Shown here one piece after another: positions 28,696 to 36,865 of a stretch of 64,000 bases of DNA (position 1 is the first letter of the stretch; each line of letters begins with the position of its first letter). Source of the DNA: Candidatus Eiseniibacteriota bacterium (lineage in GTDB: Bacteria > Eisenbacteria > RBG-16-71-46 > SZUA-252); NCBI GenBank assembly GCA_963724515.1, contig CAVRUU010000009.1, positions 63,219 through 127,218 on the forward strand. The letters are read 5' to 3'. The notes beneath the pieces were generated by a model. It was not told where the DNA came from. It did no database searches and saw only the letters and a list, made by a program, of their open reading frames with translations. The position numbers and the translations under genes are program-made.

Positions 28696-30797
28696 CGCGG
28701 CGCGGACGTCCCCGCGGCGCCCCGTCCCTTTCCGTCCTCACCCTTCCCGCCGGACAGCCACTCGTCGAATGATTTGAAGTCGTAATCCCGGCCCAGGAAA
28801 TTGTGCACCAGCTTCCCGGCCGGAGCCGATCCGCCAGCCGCGAGCACGGTGTCGCGATAGCGCTTGGCAATGGCCGGATCGAGCAGATTCGACTTGTCGA
28901 ACTCGCCGAACATGTCCTTCGAGATCACGAGCGACCACATGTACGTGTAGTAGATCGCCGAGTAGCCGTCGAGATGACCGAACGCGGCCTGGAAGTGCGT
29001 GTCGGGCATGGGCGGGTAGGGCGTGTACGCGGGCTCCAGCTCACGCAGGATCTTGTCGGTGTTCACTTCCTTGGACGGGCGGTTGTAGTAGTGGAGCGAG
29101 ATCGCCGAATAGAGGTTCTGGTAGGCGATCGACGTTGCGCGCCCGAACCAATCGGCGGCGCGCATGCGCTCCACCATCTCGGTCGGGATCGTCTCGCCGG
29201 CCTCATTCTTGGCGAACGTCTGCAGCACCCCGGGGTTCCAGCACCACTCCTCCAGCATCTGCGAAGGCGCCTCGACGAAGTCCCACTCCGTCGCGATGCC
29301 CGAGATGTTCTCCCAGGGCTGGTGCCCGCCGAACACGCCGTGGAGCAGGTGGCCGAACTCGTGGAAGAACGTCACGACATCGCCGTGCTCCATCAGCCCG
29401 GGATCGCCTTCCTTCCCGCCGGCGAAATTGCAGATAAGCGCCCCTTCCGGAATCTGAATTCCCTCGACCCCGTTCCGGATGCCGAAATTCGCGGCATGGT
29501 TGTATTTCCCCGGCCGCGGATGGAGGTCCAGGTAGAAGCGTCCGATCATGCTGCCGTCCTCCCACACCTCGTACGCTTCGACGCTCGGATCCCATACGTC
29601 CGCGTTCGCGATCCGCTTGTACGTGATGCCGAACATCTTGGCGGTCGCGCTCAGGATGCCTTCCTTCACCTTTTCGAAGGGGAAATAGGGGCGTGCCTGC
29701 TGCGCGTCGAAATTGTAGTCGCGCTTGCGGATCAGCTCCCCGTAATAGCGGCGATCCCACTGATTCACCGTCTTCGCTTCCGGATCATCCACGCGCTTGC
29801 TCTTGAGATAGACCTCGTATTCTTCCTTCGAGCGCTTCAAGGTCAAACCGCGCAGCCGCTCGATGAAGGAATCCACGTTCTTGTCGTTCCCGATCATCTT
29901 GTCCCGCGTGATGTATTCGGCCCACGTCTTGAACCCGAGGATCCTCGCAAGCTCGTAGCGCTTGGCGATCAGCCGATCCAGGACCGGCATGTTGCCAGGG
30001 TACGCGCGGTTCAGGAACTCGTGGAGCAGGCGCTCGCGCACATCCGACTTCTTGGCGTAGCTCATGACCGGGAAGAAATCCGGGTACTCGATGCTGATCG
30101 TGATCTTCCCGTCCGGTCCGGGCGGATGCGCCTTGACGTAATCTTCCGGCAGGCCGTCCAGATCGGCGGCGCTCTCGAGGGTGATCGTGCGGGAGTCGTT
30201 CCGGATGTTCTTCTCGAAGTCCTGTCCGGTTGCCACCAGCTCCTCACGCATCGCGGCGATCTTCTTGCGCGTGGCTTCATCCTTGTCCACTCCGGAGAGC
30301 CGGAAATCGCGAAGCGCCTTCTCGACCGCGAAGCGTGTGGTCGGATCCAGGCCCTTGAGGTCGAGCGCGCTCAGCGCGTCATATACGCCGCGGTTCAGCC
30401 CGAGATCGTTCAGGAACTTGGTCGAGGCGCGGGTTTCTTCCTCGGCCACCGTGCGCACCGTGGAATCGGGATGGACCGACTCGATCAGGTTCGCGGCGTA
30501 CGCGGCGTTGTCGGCATGGAGCAGCGCTTCGTTGTATGGTGCCAGCGTGTTCTCGACCGTCCGGGGGCCCTTGGCTTGCAGGAGGCGGTCGAGCGCCTGG
30601 CTTGCGATCTTGAGCTCGGCCTCCGCCAGGGCTCGGAAGCCCGCGGAATCGGGGCGCCCGGTCCAGAAGGGCGGCGCTACCGGAGTGGCGGACTCCGCCG
30701 CTGAGACGCGCGCGGGCAGAGCGCCCGCCACGAGCGCGAACAGGGCGATGACGGCCGCTGAAAGGAAAGGCAGGTTCCGGATTCGATACGAGCGCAC
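28692..30797 (-). CDS. M3-family oligopeptidase (thimet/Dcp-like), secreted
   Basis: 701 aa. Signal peptide (LSAAVIALFALVAGALPARVSA). HEFGH zinc motif (FFHEFGHLLHGVFGG) and downstream EAPSQ. Confidence 0.9.
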   Translation of the reverse strand: MRSYRIRNLPFLSAAVIALFALVAGALPARVSAAESATPVAPPFWTGRPDSAGFRALAEAELKIASQALDRLLQAKGPRTVENTLAPYNEALLHADNAAYAANLIESVHPDSTVRTVAEEETRASTKFLNDLGLNRGVYDALSALDLKGLDPTTRFAVEKALRDFRLSGVDKDEATRKKIAAMREELVATGQDFEKNIRNDSRTITLESAADLDGLPEDYVKAHPPGPDGKITISIEYPDFFPVMSYAKKSDVRERLLHEFLNRAYPGNMPVLDRLIAKRYELARILGFKTWAEYITRDKMIGNDKNVDSFIERLRGLTLKRSKEEYEVYLKSKRVDDPEAKTVNQWDRRYYGELIRKRDYNFDAQQARPYFPFEKVKEGILSATAKMFGITYKRIANADVWDPSVEAYEVWEDGSMIGRFYLDLHPRPGKYNHAANFGIRNGVEGIQIPEGALICNFAGGKEGDPGLMEHGDVVTFFHEFGHLLHGVFGGHQPWENISGIATEWDFVEAPSQMLEEWCWNPGVLQTFAKNEAGETIPTEMVERMRAADWFGRATSIAYQNLYSAISLHYYNRPSKEVNTDKILRELEPAYTPYPPMPDTHFQAAFGHLDGYSAIYYTYMWSLVISKDMFGEFDKSNLLDPAIAKRYRDTVLAAGGSAPAGKLVHNFLGRDYDFKSFDEWLSGGKGEDGKGRGAAGTSAPR

Positions 30798-30836
30798 AGA
30801 TCCTCCTCGGGAGACCGGGTCTGAGATGAACGGACG

Positions 30837-32069
30837 GTGGGGCGCCGCCGGCGGGGCAATGCTACCACAGCGATGACGCGGGACCGGAGCCTCCTTTACG
30901 CGGCGGCGTTCGCGCGCGCCACGGGCGTGGGGATGTCGGGCGTTCTCGTCGGCCTCTATGCCGCCGAGCTGGGGCTGAGGGCGGCCGGCGTGGGCGCGGT
31001 GATCTCGGCGGGGTTGCTCGGGGTCGCGCTCGGGACGCTCGCGATCACGCTGTACGCGGAGCGACTGGGCAGAACACGCTGCCTGATCGCGCTCGCGTTC
31101 CTGTCCGCCGTCGGGACCGCCGCGTTCGCCCTCTCGCCGTCGGCATGGATGCTGGCGCCTGCCGCCGCGCTCGGGATGGTGAACGGGATGGGGCGGGACC
31201 GCGGCGCGGCGTTCTCGCTGGAGCAGGCGCTCCTGCCGGAGTTGACCGACGACTCAGGCAGAACCCGCGCCTTCGCCTGGTACAACGTCGTCCTCGATTC
31301 GGGGCACGCCGCCGGCGCCCTGGCCGGGCTCCTGCCCAGTCTGCTTCGTCACGCCGGGCTCGCCCCACTCGCATCCTACCGGGCGGGTTTTCTCGCGGTT
31401 GCGGCGCTGAGCCTGGTTGGAGCCATCGCGTATACCGGCTTGAGCGCGCACGCCAGAGCCCAGCGCGCTCACGTGCGGCCCCCGCCGATCGGCGGCGAAT
31501 CGAAGCGGCGCATCGCGAGGCTCGCGGGACTCTTCGCCATGGACAGCCTCGGAGGCGGATTCCTCACGACCGCGCTTCTCTCCTACTGGTTCTTCCGGCG
31601 CTTCGGTGTGGGCGAGGAGACCTTGGCGCCCATGTTCCTCCTCGCCCGGGTCGCGAACGGCGCATCGCATCTCGCCGCCGCGTGGCTCGCGCGCCGGATC
31701 GGACTCCTCCGCACGATGGTCTTCACGCACCTGCCCTCGAGCCTGCTCTTGCTGACGGTCCCGGTCGCGCCGACCTTCATGGTGGCGGCGCTGCTGTATC
31801 TCCTGCGCGAGTGCCTCGTGGAGATGGACGTGCCCACGCGGCAGTCGTACGTCGTGGCCGTGGTCGCGCCCTCGGAGCGCGCGGCGGCCGCCGGCGCCAC
31901 GAACCTCGTGCGCACGGCGGGGTGGGCGGTCGCGCCCGCGTTCGCCGGGGCGGCCATGCAGGGCCTCGCGCTCTGGGCGCCGCTCGCCGCGGGAGCCGCG
32001 CTCAAGATCGCGTACGACCTGCTGCTCTATCGCGCGTTTCGGAAGATCAAGCCCCCGGAGGAGGGATAG
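30837..32069 (+). CDS. MFS transporter
   Basis: 410 aa with about 12 hydrophobic segments. GTG start at 30837; ATG at 30873 is an alternative. Divergent from the M3 peptidase. Confidence 0.7.
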   Translation: MGRRRRGNATTAMTRDRSLLYAAAFARATGVGMSGVLVGLYAAELGLRAAGVGAVISAGLLGVALGTLAITLYAERLGRTRCLIALAFLSAVGTAAFALSPSAWMLAPAAALGMVNGMGRDRGAAFSLEQALLPELTDDSGRTRAFAWYNVVLDSGHAAGALAGLLPSLLRHAGLAPLASYRAGFLAVAALSLVGAIAYTGLSAHARAQRAHVRPPPIGGESKRRIARLAGLFAMDSLGGGFLTTALLSYWFFRRFGVGEETLAPMFLLARVANGASHLAAAWLARRIGLLRTMVFTHLPSSLLLLTVPVAPTFMVAALLYLLRECLVEMDVPTRQSYVVAVVAPSERAAAAGATNLVRTAGWAVAPAFAGAAMQGLALWAPLAAGAALKIAYDLLLYRAFRKIKPPEEG

Positions 32070-32087
32070 GGACGGCGCTGCGCCGCC

Positions 32088-32738
32088 TCAGTTCTCGCGG
32101 CGGACGGAGTACGCGCTCGGCGTGACCGCGAACTGGCGCTGCGTGAGCGTCGACTCGAAGTAGTAGGTGCGGTCCTTGTACTTCGTCCTCGGAGAGCGCG
32201 AGCTGGGCTGGAATCGTTTCTGCGAGACCGGATCCGTGAGCGGCCCCGAGTAGCGGATGGGGTCGGCCAGGAACCGGTTCTTCGCGTCATTCCCGGAGAA
32301 GAAGTAGGCCTCCTGGTTCAGGAACACGCGGAGCTTCGGGTCGTAGGACGCCGTGCGCGCGGGGATGACCGGATCGCGCAGCGTCACGTTGAGGTTCTTC
32401 AAGAATGGGGCAGGGTCTTCACCGAAGACCGCGGGGCACGTGCGTCAGCAGAATCCGACCGGCTGGCGGTTGACGTACACCGGCCGGATGTTCGGATTCA
32501 GATGCCCGTGGCGGACGGCGCAGCGGTCGTTCACCGAGAGCATCGAGTCGTACTGAAGTTTGGTGAAGGGGGGCAGTTGACCCTGCGGGACGGTAGCCCT
32601 CGCGGTGGGGGTCTCGGCCCCTGGCGGTTTGGCTCCGCCCGCCGATGCGGCCGCGAGTCCGGGCGACCCAAGCGCGATCAGGGTCCCAAGCATCCCAAGG
32701 GCATACCCCACACCGGCGTTCCTTCCCCTGAATGTCAT
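32088..32738 (-). CDS. exported protein with three YHS/TRASH-like repeats, interrupted by an in-frame TGA at 32445-32447
   Basis: ORFs 32445..32753 and 32088..32402 are in the same frame, separated by one TGA. ATG at 32738 follows GGAGG. Signal peptide present. Repeat 1: DRC-x23-C-[TGA]-RT-C-PAVF. Repeats 2 and 3 are Cys-less (DPV...YFFS..., DPV...YYFES...). Confidence 0.55.
32414..32430 (-). other. perfect 7-bp hairpin (GGUCUUC-GGU-GAAGACC) starting 14 nt downstream of the in-frame UGA; possible SECIS-like element
   Basis: The + strand reads ggtcttc acc gaagacc. On the mRNA strand the stem begins 14 nt after the UGA, and the apical loop GGU begins with G, as in bacterial SECIS models. Structure inferred by eye only. 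Confidence 0.3.
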
Positions 32739-32911
32739 TCCGATCCCCTCCAAATGGGCGCCACGCCCACGGTTCTATCTCAAGTAGAGCACGAACGCCA
32801 GGGGGCCTGAAATAGGGTATTCTCCCGCCATGAACGACCGGCCCAGGGCACCCGAGCTTCACCAGGGCTCCGCCGAGCTTGTAGCCGCCCTAGCCTGATC
32901 CGAGACCTGCG

Positions 32912-34078
32912 ATGCCCGGCTTCGTAGGCGAGCTGTTCCACGCGGGTCAGGTATTGCTGATCCCCCTCCTCGTATTGTGCAACGCAATCTTCGTCGCGGC
33001 GGAGTTCTCGCTCGTCACCGTGCGCCGCACGAGGCTCGAGGAGCTGCAGGGGAAGGGCCGCACTCCCGGGATCCAGCTCGCTCTATACGCGCTCGATCGC
33101 CTCGATCACATGCTCGCCGCGACCCAGCTCGGGATCACGATGACGAGCCTTGCGCTCGGATGGATCGGGGAGCCGGGGCTGGCGCATTTCATCGAGCCCT
33201 GGTTCCGGTTTCTCCCCGAATCCTGGGGGCCGGTTGCCTCGCACACGGTCGCGACGATCGTCGCGTTCGGGTGCATCACGTTCCTCCACATCGTCGCGGG
33301 CGAGCTTGCTCCCCGGACGATCGCGATCCGGATCCCCGACAAGGTGGTTCGGACCCTGGCGGGTCCCCTGCTTGCGTTCGAGCGCGCGGGGAGGCCGTTC
33401 ATCAGGGTCACGAATCGGGCCGGCATGACCCTCGTCCGGCTGCTGGGATTCGCGCCGGCATCCCAGGTCTCGCACGTGCACTCCGTCGAGGAGCTTCAGC
33501 TCCTGGTCGAGGACGTATCGGAGGCCGGGCGCATGAGCGCGGAGCACGCGGAGCTCCTGAAGAACGCGTTCCGGCTCCCCGCGAAGAAGGCGGGGGAGTC
33601 GATGGTGCCGCTCGCGCAGGTGGCCATGCTCGACCTGCGTGCGACGCCGGATCAGATCATGCAAGCCGTACAGGAGAGCGTGCACACGCGGTTCCCCGTA
33701 TACGACGGGGACCGCGCGAAGATCGTCGGCATCGTGAACGCGAAGGACCTCTTCTACATCTACACGACGAGCGGCTTGATCCTGATCGCGGACGCGATGT
33801 ATCCGCCCACGTGGGCTCCCGCCGATCGCTCGATCGCCGAGCAGCTCAAGGAACTGCGGAGGATCCGGCGCCAGATGGCGATCGTGGTGGATTCCGGCAG
33901 CCGGCCGCTCGGGATCATCACGCTCGAGGACATCGTCGAGGAGCTGGTCGGCGAGATCGAGGACGAGCACGACGTGCGCGGCGTGCGCGAGGCGGTGGAA
34001 GCCGCGGCCGCGACGCGCTCGGTGCCGCGCGAAGGGAAGTCGAAGTGGCCGTGGGGGCAGAAGGAGCAGCAGCGGTAG
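32912..34078 (+). CDS. CNNM/DUF21 transmembrane domain plus CBS-pair protein (CorB/TlyC-like), lacking the CorC_HlyC C-terminal domain
   Basis: 388 aa. N-terminal 4-TM DUF21 region (AAEFSLVTVRRTRLEEL, GELAPR), then two CBS-like modules (..IVGIVNAKDL.., ..PLGIITLEDIVEELVGEIEDEHD). Confidence 0.85.
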   Translation: MPGFVGELFHAGQVLLIPLLVLCNAIFVAAEFSLVTVRRTRLEELQGKGRTPGIQLALYALDRLDHMLAATQLGITMTSLALGWIGEPGLAHFIEPWFRFLPESWGPVASHTVATIVAFGCITFLHIVAGELAPRTIAIRIPDKVVRTLAGPLLAFERAGRPFIRVTNRAGMTLVRLLGFAPASQVSHVHSVEELQLLVEDVSEAGRMSAEHAELLKNAFRLPAKKAGESMVPLAQVAMLDLRATPDQIMQAVQESVHTRFPVYDGDRAKIVGIVNAKDLFYIYTTSGLILIADAMYPPTWAPADRSIAEQLKELRRIRRQMAIVVDSGSRPLGIITLEDIVEELVGEIEDEHDVRGVREAVEAAAATRSVPREGKSKWPWGQKEQQR

Positions 34079-34123
34079 GCGCGCGGAGCGCTCACGCGGT
34101 CGGTCATCTCGTCGGATTGAAGA

Positions 34124-34208
34124 GCCCGGGTGGCGGAATGGCAGACGCAGGGGACTTAAAATCCCCTGGGGGGTAACCCCCATGCAGGTTCGAGCCCTGC
34201 CCCGGGCA
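34124..34208 (+). tRNA. tRNA-Leu, anticodon UAA
   Basis: Hand fold. Acceptor GCCCGGG/CCCGGGC plus discriminator A. Anticodon stem GGGGA/UCCCC with loop CU-UAA-AA. Long variable arm (class II). T arm GCAGG-UUCGAGC-CCUGC. No encoded CCA. Confidence 0.9.
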
Positions 34209-34213
34209 CTGAG

Positions 34214-34672
34214 CTATCCCTTCTTCAAGATGGAGATTTGCCCCGCGTGGTAGAGGTCGTGCTGGATGACGCCGTGAAGGTGAACGTAGCGCGTGATGGG
34301 TTTGTCCGTGGGCGAGGAGTCCAGAAGGTCGTCGCGAACCGAAGCCGCCGTCTCCCGGAGCCGCATGTGACCCGAGCGGAGCCCCTCGATGGCGCGGACC
34401 CAGCCCGCACTGCTGGCCGCCTCGATCCCGGGCCAGTTCTCCTCGTCGGTGATCTGGGTCGACTCGCCGAGAAGACGCCGCCGGGCGACGTCTTCCCATG
34501 CGGTCATGTGAAGCACGATCTCCCAGATGCTGTGGGCCCCGGCGATCGGCTTGCGGAGCGCCGTCTCCCAGGTCACCCCTTCGAGCGCCTCGAGCACGGA
34601 AGGTCCGTGCCAGGCCTCCCCCTCGAACGCGCGCTTCAGCTGGTCGACGATCCGGTCCCGCTCCTCCTTCAT
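34214..34672 (-). CDS. DinB-superfamily protein
   Basis: ORF 34214..34729. Probable start at MKEERD (34672). His triad pattern (AHSIWEIVLHMTAWED ... HLHGVIQHDLYHAGQI) typical of the DinB_2 family. Confidence 0.75.
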   Translation of the reverse strand: MKEERDRIVDQLKRAFEGEAWHGPSVLEALEGVTWETALRKPIAGAHSIWEIVLHMTAWEDVARRRLLGESTQITDEENWPGIEAASSAGWVRAIEGLRSGHMRLRETAASVRDDLLDSSPTDKPITRYVHLHGVIQHDLYHAGQISILKKG

Positions 34673-34780
34673 TTCAGCCTCCGATAACCCGCCGAACCGC
34701 GAGAGCACATTCCAAGTGTATGGGAGCACTCTCGAGCTAAGCGCGTCAAGAGGACCCGTTTCAGTGCCGATGCTACTCCC

Positions 34781-35293
34781 ATGGATCGATTCGCCGTTCT
34801 CGCCACGTTGTTGGCCGCAATGGCTGCTTCGGGCGCGGCCGTGGTCACCGCCGAGGAAAGAGCGGCGCCCGCGGCGCCGGCGGAAATCTCATTCTTCGAC
34901 GGGAGCCGTTGGACCGCTCTCGGGCATCACGATGCCTACCTCAAGAAGGCGAAGGCAGACGGTCCGGATACCTACGTCGTGCTCGGGGGGGCGACGAGCG
35001 AAATCGCCCTCTCGACCCGGTGGCCGCGGTTCCGCATCGAATCCGATCGGGCGGGCGCGTTTCGGATCCATCTGGCCCGATTCGAGGCGGAGGACCAGAA
35101 GCGCCGCACCACGATCGAGCGAGTCAGGGGAGGCCTCTTCTTCAAGATGGGCATCGAGCTCGAGCTCATGGAGGTGGCTGAAGGGATCTGGGAGCTCATC
35201 CCCACGAGGTCGCTCCATCCGGGCGAGTACGCGTTCGTGGTGTCGGACTCCCTGCCGGCGGCCGACTTCACCATCGCCGACAAGGAACACTGA
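34781..35293 (+). CDS. hypothetical secreted protein
   Basis: 170 aa. Signal peptide (VLATLLAAMAASGAAVVTA). GC3-rich codons. I recognise no motif. Confidence 0.5.
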   Translation: MDRFAVLATLLAAMAASGAAVVTAEERAAPAAPAEISFFDGSRWTALGHHDAYLKKAKADGPDTYVVLGGATSEIALSTRWPRFRIESDRAGAFRIHLARFEAEDQKRRTTIERVRGGLFFKMGIELELMEVAEGIWELIPTRSLHPGEYAFVVSDSLPAADFTIADKEH

Positions 35294-35329
35294 GCGCGCT
35301 CGTCGAGCAAAGCAGGGTACACTGAGCCT

Positions 35330-36121
35330 ATGAGCCTGCAGTGGCTGCCCGAGACAATCGTGCTCGTGGCCTGTCTCCTCGCCGGAGGCATCGCGCTCCA
35401 TCTCCTCCTCTCAGGGGAGCGACGGCGCGGCGCGGTGTTGGGCATCTCGAGCATCGCGCTCTTCGTGCTCGCGGCCTCGCTCACGCGGATCGAGCTGTCC
35501 GAGCTCAGAGGTCGGGTAGGAAGTCCGGCGCGCCTCACACCCGCGACCCATGCGATCGCGGAGGATTCACGTTTCGGAACGCTGCTCCGCCTTGGGGATT
35601 CCATCTTGCAGGTCGCGCACTCGAAGCACTATGCGCTATCCGCCGACGGCAAGACGTTCCTCGCACTCGACGTGGAGGATGAAGGGCTGACCGTGAGCGG
35701 CCGACTCTCCGATAGCCAGGACCGGCCGGCCGGCCGGATCAGGAGAAATCGACTGGAAAGCTTCCCAGGATCCACGATGCACATCGCGCAACCTGATCCG
35801 CACACGCTTCTCGTCGAGCAAGCCGGCGTGGACGTTCTGAGGATCCGTTACGCGAGCCCCCGCGAGATCCTGATCACTGGCCGTTTTCATCATCCGGGCC
35901 TTTCCGAGCCGGTCGTGATCTCAGGCAGCGAGGGCATTCACTGGCATGGTGGCGGGATTCCTCCCGGCTTGAGCATCGATCTGAGGCATTACGGACCGGG
36001 TGTGGTCGATCTGGAGCGGTCGGGTCTGATTCAGGTGTTACCGGGAGGGAATCCTCTGCTACCGTCGGTTGCGTCCCTTTGCGCACTCCTGCTCCATGAA
36101 GCCGCTTTGCTCCGGATTTGA
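35330..36121 (+). CDS. hypothetical membrane protein (two N-terminal TM segments)
   Basis: 263 aa. TM segments IVLVACLLAGGIALHLLL and VLGISSIALFVLAASL, followed by a soluble domain of unknown function. Confidence 0.45.
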   Translation: MSLQWLPETIVLVACLLAGGIALHLLLSGERRRGAVLGISSIALFVLAASLTRIELSELRGRVGSPARLTPATHAIAEDSRFGTLLRLGDSILQVAHSKHYALSADGKTFLALDVEDEGLTVSGRLSDSQDRPAGRIRRNRLESFPGSTMHIAQPDPHTLLVEQAGVDVLRIRYASPREILITGRFHHPGLSEPVVISGSEGIHWHGGGIPPGLSIDLRHYGPGVVDLERSGLIQVLPGGNPLLPSVASLCALLLHEAALLRI

Positions 36122-36132
36122 GAGGGAGGGGA

Positions 36133-36843
36133 ATGGAACAGCTTCAGAGGCGCGCCTACCTCTCAGGAATGGTGCTCCTGTCGCTGCTCTGCCTGGCCCC
36201 CGCCGGTGCCTCACAGCCCGGCCACTTCGTCGATTCGACCCAGGCGGTCGCCGAGTGGCCTATCGATCTCGTCAAAGCCGACGGAGACTTCACGCTCTCG
36301 ATCCACCGACGCTATGAAGACCCGCTGGGCGCGCGCCTCCTCCGCATCGCCGAAGCGACGTATCCGGAGAGGGCGGTCCTCATCGGCCACGCAATCGAGA
36401 GGGGATTCGAGATGGGATCGGACTCCGCGCGCGTGCCTCTCTGGTGGTGCGATGGGGTCGGCGTGGCGCGTGTGCCGTACGCGATCACGACGGGTACGAT
36501 CCACCACTACGTCAAGCTCACGGAGAGTTTCCGAGCCCACAATTTCCGCGGCTCGTTCGCGCACAATCTCTTCTGGACGGATTTCGTCTACAAGGCCTCA
36601 GTCGCTCCGCGAGACCACTGGTACATTGAAGGGCAGTCGATCCCGGACGTCTGGGTCGTGGAGATGAATCTCTCGTGGGGCTACGACGACGGGACGTTCG
36701 TGCCGGTGTCCATCGCGCATCGCGTCGTCGTGCTGAGCCGCGACGGCAGGGTGCTGGCCGTCGAGGGAGACGGCGAGACCCAGGAGGAGGTCTTCATGTC
36801 CTCCCACCGGGGAATCGGCAGGTCCGAGCATCTCATGCGGTGA
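36133..36843 (+). CDS. hypothetical secreted protein
   Basis: ORF 36118..36843. ATG at 36133 is preceded by GGGAGGGG. Signal peptide (MVLLSLLCLAPAGASQ). No recognisable motif. Confidence 0.5.
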   Translation: MEQLQRRAYLSGMVLLSLLCLAPAGASQPGHFVDSTQAVAEWPIDLVKADGDFTLSIHRRYEDPLGARLLRIAEATYPERAVLIGHAIERGFEMGSDSARVPLWWCDGVGVARVPYAITTGTIHHYVKLTESFRAHNFRGSFAHNLFWTDFVYKASVAPRDHWYIEGQSIPDVWVVEMNLSWGYDDGTFVPVSIAHRVVVLSRDGRVLAVEGDGETQEEVFMSSHRGIGRSEHLMR

Positions 36844-36865
36844 ACGGCCGTTCGCGCCCGCCCCT

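Noticed and set aside
28803-30704. 633-aa plus-strand ORF (and the analogous 37100..38851 ORF)
   Set aside because: Both lie antisense to the two M3 peptidase genes. They resemble each other only because the peptidase genes are paralogues.
32088-32402. Treating the TTG-initiated 104-aa ORF as an independent gene
   Set aside because: It is in frame with the upstream ORF across a single TGA. It has no signal peptide or ribosome-binding site of its own, and it begins in the middle of a YHS/TRASH repeat. It is better read as the continuation of one protein.
34124-36843. Integrated mobile element or genomic island at tRNA-Leu
   Set aside because: I could see no integrase, recombinase or transposase, no repeat of the tRNA 3' end, and no obvious compositional shift. 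I kept it only as a low-interest 'orphan gene block' finding.
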